NCBI RefSeq assembly: GCF_009914755.1
Contig: NC_060936.1
Reading direction: 5' to 3' (one strand)
DNA length: 64,000 nucleotides
Origin: the human T2T-CHM13v2.0 reference genome, Homo sapiens
Position numbers and translations under genes: made by a program. The first letter of the stretch is position 1, and every line of letters starts with the position of its first letter. The notes under the pieces were generated by a model. The model saw only the letters and a program-made list of their open reading frames with translations, did not search any database and was not told the DNA's origin. Of the stretch, positions 1-14,148 are shown piece after piece.

Positions 1-216
1 TCAATACATTTTTGTTGAGTGAGTGAATGAAACGTTTTATGGCTCAAAAATTGGCTCTCAAGGCAATTCTAATAAAAATAGAAGTTTTCTGAGCAACAAA
101 TGGCAGCATCACAAAAATACAGTCCATCTCCCCCAAATGGAAGAACTCTTAATTGGTGAAGAAACCAACTTGTACTTTAGAGTCACACTATCTCTTTAAC
201 AAAGTGCTTGACTCTC

Positions 217-1115
217 GAGCCAAGATGGCCGAATAGGAACAGCTCCAGTCTACAGCTCCCAGCGTAAGCGATGCAGAAGACGGGTGATTTCTGCATTTAC
301 ATCTGAGGTACCGAGTTCATCACACTGGGGAGTGCCAGACAGTGGGCGCAGGCCAGTGGGTGCGCGCACCGTGCGCGAGCCGAAGCAGGGCGAGGCATTG
401 CCTCACCTGGGAAGCGCAAGGGGTCAGGGAGTTCCCTTTCGGAGTCAAAGAAAGGGGTGACGGATGCACCTGGAAAATCGGGTCACTCCCACCCGAATAT
501 GGCGCTTTTCAGACTGGCTTAAAAAACGGCGCACCACGAGACAATATCCCACACCTGGCTCGGAGGGTCCTACGCCCACGGAATCTCGCGGATTGCTAGC
601 ACAGCAGTCTGAGATCAAACTGCAAGGCGGCAGCAAGGCTGGGGGAGAGGCGCCCGCCATTGCCCAGGCTTGCTTAGGTAAACAAAGCAGCCTGGAAGCT
701 CGAACTGGGTGGAGCCCACCACAGCTCAAGGAGGCCTGCCTGCCTCTGTAGGCTCCACCTCTGGGGGCAGGGCACAGACAAACAAAAAGACAGCAGTAAC
801 CTCTGCAGACTTAAATGTCCCTGTCTGACAGCTTTGAAGAGAGCAGTGGTTCTCCCAGCACGCAGCTGGAGATCTGAGAACGGGCAGACTGCCTCCTCAA
901 GTGGGTCCCTGACCCCTGACCCCCGAGCAGCCTAACTGGGAGGCACCCCCCAGCAGCGGCACACTGACACCTCACATGGCAGGGTATTCCAACAGACCTG
1001 CAGCTGAGGGTCCTGTCTGTTAGAAGGGAAACTAACAAACAGAAAGGACATCCACACCAAAAACCCATCTGTACATCACCATCATCAAAGACCAAAAGTA
1101 GATAAAACCACAAAG
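217..1115 (+). promoter_or_regulatory. L1 5'UTR with sense promoter (YY1 site CAAGATGGC at 221-229) and antisense promoter
   Basis: CpG-rich L1 5'UTR retained in full; bidirectional promoter activity is established for young L1 families. Activity at this copy is unknown. Confidence 0.8.
445..660 (-). CDS. L1 ORF0 (71 aa), open
   Basis: ATG at 660-658 in context GCAATGG; MAGASPPALLPPCSLISDCCASNPRDSVGVGPSEPGVGYCLVVRRFLSQSEKRHIRVGVTRFSRCIRHPFL* matches primate L1 ORF0. Translation at this locus is not shown. Confidence 0.75.
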   Translation of the reverse strand: MAGASPPALLPPCSLISDCCASNPRDSVGVGPSEPGVGYCLVVRRFLSQSEKRHIRVGVTRFSRCIRHPFL

Positions 1116-2132
1116 ATGGGGAAAAAACAGAACAGAAAAACTGGAAACTCTAAAACGCAGAGCGCCTCTCCTCCTCCAAAGGAACGCAGTTCCTCACCAG
1201 CAACGGAACAAAGCTGGATGGAGAATGATTTTGATGAGCTGAGAGAAGAAGGCTTCAGACGATCAAATTACTCTGAGCTACGGGAGGACATTCAAACCAA
1301 AGGCAAAGAAGTTGAAAACTTTGAAAAAAATTTATAAGAATGTATAACTAGAATAACCCATACAGAGAAGTGCTTAAAGGAGCTGATGGAGCTGAAAGCC
1401 AAGGCTCGAGAACTACGTGAAGAATGCAGAAGCCTCAGGAGCCGATGCGATCAACTGGAAGAAAGGGTATCAGCAACGGAAGATGAAATGAATGAAATGA
1501 AGCGAGAAGGGAAGTTTAGAGAAAAAAGAATAAAAAGAAATGAGCAAAGCCTCCAAGAAATATGGGACTATGTGAAAAGACCAAATCTACGTCTGATTGG
1601 TGTACCTGAAAGTGATGCGGAGAATGGAACCAAGTTGGAAAACACTCTGCAGGATATTATCCAGGAGAACTTCCCCAATCTAGCAAGGCAGGCCAACGTT
1701 CAGATTCAGGAAATACAGAGAATGCCACAAAGATACTCCTCGAGAAGAGCAACTCCAAGACACATAATTGTCAGATTCACCAAAGTTGAAATGAAGGAAA
1801 AAATGTTAAGGGCAGCCAGAGAGAAAGGTCGGGTTACCCTCAAAGGGAAGCCCATCAGACTAACAGCGGATCTCTCGGCAGAAACCCTACAAGCCAGAAG
1901 AGAGTGAGGGCCAATATTCAACATTCTTAAAGAAAAGAATTTTCAACCCAGAATTTCATATCCAGCCAAACAAAGCTTCATAAGTGAAGGAGAAATAAAA
2001 TACTTTATAGACAAGCAAATGCTGAGAGATTTTGTCACCACCAGGCCTGCCCTAAAAGAGCTCCTGAAGGAAGCGCTAAACATGGAAAGGAACAACCAGT
2101 ACCAGCCACTGCAAAATCATGCCAAAATGTAA
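1116..2132 (+). pseudogene. L1 ORF1 with two premature stops
   Basis: MGKKQNRKTGNSK start and 1017-bp span (338 codons plus stop); in-frame TAA at 1335-1337 and TGA at 1905-1907. Confidence 0.95.
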
Positions 2133-2168
2133 AGACCATCGAGACTAGGAAGAAACTGCATCAACTAA

Positions 2169-6024
<3,856 letters not shown>

Positions 6025-7448
6025 ACAATGAGATCACATGGACACAGGAAGGGGAATATCACAATCTGGGGACTGTGGTGGGGTGGGGGCAGGGGGGAGG
6101 GATAGCATTGGGAGATATACCTAATGCTAGATGACGAGTTAGTGGGTGCAGCGCACCAGCACAGCACATGTATACATATGTAACTAACCTGCACAATGTG
6201 CACATGTACCCTAAAACTTAAAGTATAATAAAAAAAAAAGTGCTTATAAAATATGAGAACAGAGCAACGGTAAGTGCAATCTTCTATAAACAAAGAATTT
6301 AATAAAAGAGACGGAAATAAAAATAACTTTAAAAAGTTAAATGTTTTTCATTTAACTTTTGTTTTTACCCAATTTAAGTGTAAATTCCTGGTACCAAAAC
6401 TAGATTACAATATTGTGTAATATACAATAGGCAAAGTAAATTTTTAGAAAAGCATTACTACAATTAATTATGAAGGTTTAATGCAGAAGTTCTGGATTAC
6501 TAATATCCAGTGAATATATTCCATTCATAATTTCTAAAAACTGCTTTTTAAAAAAAATCAAAGCCATTTACTTCTTTGATGATGTTACTTAAAAGGTAGT
6601 CAACAGTTTCTCTCAGTTAATTTTTTTAAGAGGCTAATGTCCGTCTTGATGAAAAATGGAGAATATCCTACAGGGATTCAGATATTTTTGTCAACATCTT
6701 TACGGCTTTGTAAGTAGCAAAACACACAGCCCTTAGATAGATAGTTTTTCACGTGCTCATTAACTGGTAGAGATTTGCTGTCATATATCTTTACAAAGAC
6801 GAAGAAGCAATCTATGGGAGGCCACTGGGGAAATCACCAAGAAGGAAGAATCTGACAATGATTTTTATGCCCCATAAAAGCGAGAATATCATAACTAGAA
6901 TACCAAACCCACCAGTTTGCTTCTGTTACCTATACTTAAGTTACTCACACATATGGGGGAGGGATATATGCAAACAATTTTTAACTATAATAATAGTAAT
7001 ACATGGTTAATGTTCACAATCTGGAAAATTACAAAAAATGAAAAACAAAGGGAAACCATCTCCAAACACTGTCTCGAGGAAATCATGATTATCGCAATTT
7101 TGTCTCTCTTCCCAGTGCTCTGTTTTCTACTCCTCCTGCTGTTGGTTTCTTGGTGTTAGTTTGTTAGAATTCTTTTAGCTTCCCTTTACTGTTATGCCTA
7201 TATCTGCCTGTTTCTCTTTCCTAAAATTACCAAGTTAGCCATTATTTGCATTCTCTGATGCAGATTACCTCTGCTTATTTAATAAAAGTGAAATAAAATT
7301 ATTCATAGGAGGTAATAATGGTTAAGAAAAGTATTAAGGAACTGACTAAAATGATTTATTCACAGTGTGTCTCTAAATAGCTTCTGCTTGAAGTATCAAA
7401 AGAGAAATGAAAGGTATAAAAGTGTTCCAGGAGCTAAAAAATAAAGTT

Positions 7449-7478
7449 AGGAATTCAGTGCATAGGAATTCAGTGCAT
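7449..7478. repeat. 15-bp tandem duplication AGGAATTCAGTGCAT x2
   Basis: Read directly from the sequence. Confidence 0.9.
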
Positions 7479-7776
7479 GGAGAGGTTGTAGACAAGAAGG
7501 CTGCTTTTAGGAAAGCATAAAACAATGTACTGATACAGAAAGACACATCTAAAGCTTGAATGCTAAAATGAAATGTTTACAAAATCCAGCAGTGGTCACA
7601 TACCTTATAGTCTGCCCATTAAATGCCAGACTTGAGATCACAGGCAGCTTAATCAACAAAAATCAAACTCCAAACCTTTTCTGTTCTCTGCAGTAGGGTG
7701 GTTCTTTACCTCTTTTCATGCTACCATATCATACCTCCTTCAATAAGTCATGATACGAAAAATGGAGTAAAGAATT

Positions 7777-8195
7777 TGTCTTAGTCCATTTCAGCTGCTA
7801 TAATAGTGCCATAAACTTAGGGGTTTATATACAATAAATGTTTATTTCTCACCATTCTGGAGGCTGGGAAATCCAAGATCAAGGCTCCAGAAGATTCACT
7901 GTGCGGTGAGGGCCTGTGTCTTGGTTCAGGCAGCACATCACTGTGTCCTCACATGACGGGAGGGGAGAGATCTCTCTCAGGCTTTTAAAATAAAGGCCTT
8001 GGTTCCAATTGTGAGGGTTCCACCATGACCTAATCACCTCCCAAAGGCCCCATATCCTAATATAAATCCTAACCTCCAGGTGAGGATTTATATTAGGAGA
8101 TGGGGTCATCGGGAGATGGGGCCTAACCTTGGGGTTAGGATTTCAATATATGAATTGGGGTGGGGAGTAGGGACACAAACATTTGGACCATTGCA
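7777..8195 (-). mobile_element. MLT1A0-like solo LTR (ERVL-MaLR)
   Basis: TGTCTTAGTCCATTT...GGACACAAACATTTGGACCATTGCA; 5-bp TSD GAATT at 7772-7776 and 8196-8200. Confidence 0.88.
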
Positions 8196-8327
8196 GAATT
8201 ATTTTCAAAGCATACACATATTCTGGAGATACTGATCCATGCCTGTTTACTACACGTTCACCCACCTCGTCGCCACTGATTTATCTGAGCTCTCAATCTA
8301 TGAGGTGCTTCGTGATATGAACTAGTG

Positions 8328-8655
8328 CATGGTTTCTCAAACTATGGAGGAAGGACCAATGTTTTTTAAGTTCAATCTGTTGCAGATTGATACTTTTGTT
8401 AAATACAACGAAATGAATTACTGAAAAAAAATGAAAAAAGGCACACAAAATACAATTTTGAAAACTAAATTCAATAGACATAAAATTACGGTGACTGATT
8501 GCTATAAAACTTTCTATATGCCTACTCTCTTTTTCTGTATTTAACCTGTATTTAAGCAGACCAAAAAAAAAAAGATTTTTTAAATGTATCTTAGCAGACA
8601 AAAAAAAAAAGAGGGAGGGGGTTTATGGACAGAAATCAGTCTGTAGACCACACTG
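8328..8655 (-). mobile_element. MER5C-like hAT-Charlie DNA transposon remnant
   Basis: GGTTTCTCAAACTAT..AAGGACCA start, ACATAAAATTAC..TTGCTATAAAA core and GACCACACT end resemble the recalled MER5C consensus. Confidence 0.55.
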
Positions 8656-9214
8656 ATCAAACCGACCAATTTCAAAGAGAACAAATCTCAGGCATATCTA
8701 TGGTGCTTGCCAACAGTCTGAGTTGGCATGAAGTTTATTTCCTCGAAGGCAACAAGCCTGGTCTTGGTTAAAGCTGCCATTTGTGCCTAGATTATGACTG
8801 TGTACTGAGTTGAGCCATCAAAAGGCATGTTATTTCCTAGAGACACAAGGATATCAGCAATTGAGGGCAAGATTTAAATACCTAGAGATAATAAAAATCT
8901 TAAGCTTTGATCATAAACTATAAATTTAACAACCTGGTTTCCCCTTTGGCTGCCTTTAAGCTATAACCTTTTAGTTTTAAGAAAAATGGCTTTCCCTGGA
9001 CAAAGCCTAAGTTAATCATAGCTCCAGTCAATCATATCCAAAGAAAACAAACCTATAGCTTCACATCATGGCAAGATTGCCATGAATGAAATATTAAAAT
9101 GTCAAACAAGATGTGGTCTCTGCCCCCAAGGATTTTAATGTAGACAGACAAATATGTCAACAAACAATGACAAAATAATGAGGTAAGTGCTGCAACTGAC
9201 ACATGTATAAAAAT

Positions 9215-9455
9215 CATGATACATCTATACACTGCTGATTCCCAAATTCATATCTCCAAATTTGCCCTGTCTCTTGAACCGAAAACTTGCTCACCAACTG
9301 TCTACTCAATTTCTTCAGCTGGATGTCTAAAAGACATCTCAAATGAAATGTGTCAAAAGCAAACTCCTGACTCCCTTCCCCAAAATAATAACAATAACCT
9401 GTTTCTCTCACAGTCCTTCTCAATTAATAGCTACTGCATCCTTTGAGATATTCAA
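9215..9455 (+). mobile_element. L2 fragment (continues near 10710)
   Basis: CATCTATACACTGCTGATTCCCAAATTCATATCTCC..GGATGTCTAAAAGACATCTCAAA is typical of L2 ORF2 3' region. Confidence 0.7.
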
Positions 9456-9769
9456 ACAGCTATGAATTTAGTAATCAACAGCATGTAGAAGGTACCTGAG
9501 ACCATGATCTTTATACATTTATACACTGTTTTTTCTTAAAACCAAAAGGTTACTTGAAAAGCTGCCAAAGGTCAAATTTATTTTTTTTCACTTTTTGATA
9601 AATTACAAATATATTTTCTTGTAATAAAGCATCATCGGATTCCTGGGATTATCCTTTATTACTACAGTTTAATCTTTTTAATATAATGCTGTCATATACT
9701 TGTGAGTGCTTATTTTGTATTATTATTCTATCAAAATAATTTTGAGGCTTTTTCTAAAAATAACTTTTG

Positions 9770-10370
9770 AAATATTTTTCTTACTGTAAAAGTACTGTTT
9801 AATATAGTAAAACATTAAAATAAAGGCACACAAGAAAAAGAGTGAAATCCCCCACTGACCCTCCAATTCTACCCGTGAAAATCATCACTATTAATTCTTT
9901 GCCTTGGTCTGAACTTAGTAAATCCCCTATTGATAAATGTTTAGATGGTTTCCAGTTTTTCGCGACTACAAACAATATTGCAAGGAACAATCTTCTAGAT
10001 GTACATATCTTTGCATATATGTAGGGACAGTTTTTTTTAAATAGATTCCCAGATGCAAAAATGCTGGGCCGAAAGTTTTGTAAATGTCTTATTTTTAACA
10101 GTGCTAAATTGCCACTTTAAAATGTTGTACCAATATAAGCTGCCACCAAGTAATAATGTGTAAAAGAGTAATCATTTTTTCATACTTTGGCACATTGGTA
10201 TTATCAATATTCTAATCATCAACAACATAATTGTTGAAAAAAATTATTGCATTGTTTTAATTTATATTACTTTAACTGGTGGAAAATAAAGATCTTTTCA
10301 TATATCTATTAGTCAGATATGTTACTTATTGTGTGAGTTATCTTTCATGAAACTTGCCTGTTTTTATATT
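9770..10370 (-). mobile_element. Old L1M (L1ME-like) fragment
   Basis: CCCCTATTGATAAATGTTTAGATGGTTTCCAGTTTTT..; minus translation MFLAILFVVAKNWKPSKHLS resembles the L1 ORF2 C-terminus. Confidence 0.65.
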
Positions 10371-10371
10371 T

Positions 10372-10637
10372 AAAAAAAGAGGAAGGAAGGAAGGAGAAAA
10401 AGAAAGAAAGAATGAACGAAAGAAAGAAAGAAGAAAGAAAAAAGAAAACAAAGGAAAGAAAGAAAGAGAAAAAGAATGAATGAAAAAAAGAGGAAGAAGA
10501 AGAAGACTAGGAGGAGGAGGGGAAGGAGGAGGAGGGGGAGGAGAGGGAGGAAAGGAAGGAGGGAGGGAGGGAAGAAGGGAGGGAGGGAGGAAGGAAGGAA
10601 GGAAGGAAGGAAGGAAGGAAGGAAGGGGGGGAGGAAA
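10372..10637. repeat. Polypurine compound microsatellite (GAAA/GGA/GGGA/GGAA)
   Basis: About 265 bp of almost pure A/G; 9 consecutive GGAA at 10589-10624. Confidence 0.95.
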
Positions 10638-10709
10638 ATGCTGCTAAAGAGGAAACCAAGTTGTTAAATTCATAGCTTATGACCAAAGCTTAAGATTTTT
10701 ATCATATAT

Positions 10710-11450
10710 AAGTCAAAAACCTTTGAGTCATCTTTCATTCCTCTTCTTCTAATATCCCCATCCAATGCATCAGTAAATATTGTTAACTCTATACGTCGCC
10801 TCCTCTCACAACCCCCATAGCAATCACCTAGGCCTAGGCCACCAGCATCTCTTTCCCAAATTATTCCAACAGCCTCCAATTTAAGGGGCCAGATTCCACC
10901 ATTGTCTCACTCCATGTACTCTGAGCGCAGGAGCCAGATGAGCCTTTGTAAACCTAAGTCTGCTGTGTCAGTCCTCTACTCATAACCCTTCAGTGGCTTC
11001 CCTTCTCATTCTTGAATAAAAGCCTAAATCCTCACAGTCCCTACATAATCTGGTCTTCTGCCCTTACCCCCTGAAACTCTCCATGTCAATTCTGCTTTAC
11101 CCACACAGACTCAGATAGCCACATGGCTCACTCTCCTCACGTATTTTAGTCTTTTGAATACATGCCACCTCTCTGACTTTCCTGGACCAACCTATAAAAA
11201 GGTGCAACCCTCTTGCCTCAATATCCTCAACCATCCTTTATCAATCTGCTCATTAAATTTTACCTTTTATCACCATTATCTGTTAACATTTATTACCACC
11301 TTCATATGTTTATGTGTTCCTTGGTCACCCCTCCCCACTAGAAATAAAACTTTAAGGCAGGCTTCCTTTCATTCATCACTGCCAAATCTTCAGTGCCCCC
11401 AATGGTGCCTGGCATGTAACAGGTATTCATTTTCTGAGTGAATGAATAAT
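10710..11450 (+). mobile_element. L2a 3' portion
   Basis: CCTTTGAGTCATCTTT..CAGTGGCTTCCC..GTGCCTGGCATGTAACAGGTATTC..GAGTGAATGAAT terminus. Confidence 0.8.
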
Positions 11451-12059
11451 CAAAAATGGATGTCTTGCTCTGGCTGGGTTATGGAGAATGCCAGGGAAGA
11501 AGACACACACAACCAATGACACTGAAACTAGGTCTTAAAAGAAGATTCAGGCTTGACTGACATGGAAAGGGCTAAAAATATCATCGCCATATGCACAACT
11601 TTTTTTCCACAAAGTCTTGCATAAGAATACACTGTAGGGAAGCAGACTTTTAATGTTCTAGTTGAGAGAATCCCCAGTAAAGAAATTAATCCCCATGATC
11701 CAGAAGAGGATCAAGGTTTGGGTAAACAAAAAGAAAATTGCCACTGCTGTCAGGAAATTTTACAGATGAGAAATTACTGTAAAATACATCAAGCTCCTAA
11801 ATAATGTAAATGTGTTCTTAGTGATCGGTTTATGGTTGCATCCACACTTGGGTTTTTTGGCCACAAAATCACAATTTTATTCTCCTGGAGTTTTCTCTGA
11901 TAGGACTATAGCTCTAATTTTTAACAGGAAGCCAGTGAGGAGAAAATATTATTCCAAGTCTAGGACTCCTTCCTTTTATATACAGTTCTATTGTTGTATG
12001 TCTACTCTAGTAACACCTATGGCCATGTATTCTGGAGTCATAACGATCAAATATTAGTT

Positions 12060-12245
12060 CCTTTTATTATATAAAGTAGTCTTACACATATTTATTTACT
12101 TCTTTATTTCTCATCTTCCTCCCACTGGAAAGTGAGTTCCTTCTAACAGAGCAGGAATGTCTCTATCTCTTCACAATATCCCTGAGGACAGAAGAGGGCC
12201 AAGCACACAGAGTACTCAATAAATGCTCAATGATTGAATGAATAA
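12060..12245 (+). mobile_element. L2 3' end
   Basis: CCCACTGGAAAGTGAGTTCC..ACTCAATAAATGCTCAATGATTGAATGAAT. Confidence 0.65.
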
Positions 12246-12591
12246 CATTCACATGAGAGATAAATACATATTTTACATGGGGAGTGTGGACTTTAACTTC
12301 TAACACATGTTCCAGCAGTGCATTCTCCTCTGAGTAAGAGTTCTTCTACTTAACAACATTATCAAAAGTACAAGAAGGATGTGCCCACACTTGGATTTCT
12401 GGCTGTACTGTATTCTGGGGATAGTATCTCAGCACACACCAGGGAAGCACAAAATCTGGGGAATGGGTGCTCTATTCACCCATAGTGCTGAACAGTGCTG
12501 AAGGAAACAGGGCAAAAGCAGGCAAAGGGATTTTCTTGCAACCCTGGTTCTAGGGCTACGACTAGGTGGTTGTGACACTGTGGGGGGCCTC

Positions 12592-12610
12592 CATTGCCCC
12601 CTAGTGGCAG
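12592..12610 (-). promoter_or_regulatory. Candidate CTCF site
   Basis: Minus strand CTGCCACTAGGGGGCAATG closely matches the CTCF core CCACYAGGGGGC; motif match only. Confidence 0.6.
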
Positions 12611-13492
12611 CTGTGCTTGGGACACTTCAATATATTAATATCCATACTTTATGTATGCATTATATGATCACAGTTTAGAAACTTTAAGCAATGCCAACTC
12701 TCTCTACAACAAAAGCTCTAATCAGAGCTTTTCAAACCTCCAAACTCACACAAACACATACTCAAATTAGTCTCAATTGTATTCGATTCTCAAACCTAGG
12801 CTTCAAGGTTCAAGTCTCCTTTTTTCATCAACGGAGCTCTCTCTCTCCCCCTGAAGTGTGTGCCAAACACTGATTTTCCTCCTGTAAAGTGAAGGCTTGG
12901 ACCAGATTAGGTCTTTCCTAAAAATCAATCTGTGAGCCTGTACTGGTCCACAGAGAAGTTTCCTCTGATTTGCAGACAGTTATCTTGTTCCTTATACAGT
13001 CTTAACTTCACGGAGTTCAACCATGAAAGACTGTGTTTTTCTCTACTTACTTCACACAGCAGTGCTTTGTAGAACTGCCCACAGTTTCTCATAGATAGCA
13101 GAGTTCTCAAATCCTTTTCCTCAATTTGTGTAAGTCCATTTGCTTTAAAACTTCAATCTTATATCTGGGTTAAAGCTTTTTCCTTCATCTCAAATGGGCT
13201 CCAAGTGACATCGTAGCCCTACCACATGATAGTTTTTCAGGCCACTCCAGTGCTCTGCTCCCATCATCTTCCGTGTTCACCCCACTCCCCTGCTGCCATC
13301 ATGCTCCAGTGTTCCTACTTAAGTAGACACAGGAGGCAGATTAGCAAGGACGCCTCATAAGTGCATGTCTAGCTAGGCAATGGGATGTTAGCCTCTCCCA
13401 GTCAAGCAGGTCCCTCTCATGTTTACCAATGATTTTCTTGATCTGTATTGGTTGGTTTGGGATGTGAGGAAGACCCCTCTCTTCCCACATGG

Positions 13493-14148
13493 GTGCTCTC
13501 TTTAGAATACAGGCTACTTACCAGCCCCTTTGTCCTCTGCTGCTTTGGACCCCCACCCATCCACAGCATCAATTCAGGGCAATAAAAATATGTCCCACTC
13601 ACCATCCTATTATTTTTTCTTGTGTGTCAGTATGAAGTTGCCTAATATTCTTTGTTTGAAAGTATTGTCCTTCATTTCAAGATTATATTCTACTATCTTT
13701 TTTAAAAAAAAAATGAAACGGTGATGGTAGTTGAGTTATTTTGTTTCTGATGTAAAATCAAAAGCTTTTATAGCTCACCCATCCTGCCCTTATAGCTCAC
13801 ACATCCTGATTTGGTGAGCCTGAATGTTCTGCAGGCATCCTTGTTCCTCTTCTTTGATTGCAATTATGCTTAAGATCTCAGTAAGATGCATGCTACCATT
13901 GCCCCAAAGCTGATTTACAAAGGAGAGAGAAACAGCAATTGTAGCAGGGATTACAGCTTTATCCAAAATACCACCACTGAGCTCCCCTGGTACCTGTGAC
14001 CTTGCTCAGCGATGCCTGATGTAGGGGTAGAAGAGAGGAGTGAGGGAGGTGCCTTCATTTGCCCTGAATTGATATTGTGAATGGGTGGGGGTCCAAAGCA
14101 GGAGAGGACAAAGGGGCGATTAAGCAGCCTATATTCTAAAGAGAGCAC
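13493..14148. repeat. Inverted repeat, 90-bp arms (13493-13582 and 14059-14148), 476-bp spacer
   Basis: Manual ungapped alignment gives 81/90 identity. Confidence 0.92.

Noticed and set aside
6068-6101. G-quadruplex motif
   Set aside because: Standard feature of the L1 3'UTR, not novel.
6332-6360. 12-bp perfect hairpin AAAAGTTAAATG/CATTTAACTTTT
   Set aside because: Short and AT-rich; plausible by chance, and terminator logic does not apply to this context.
10476-10667. Arg/Lys/Gly-rich 63-aa ORF resembling a protamine
   Set aside because: Translation of a purine microsatellite.
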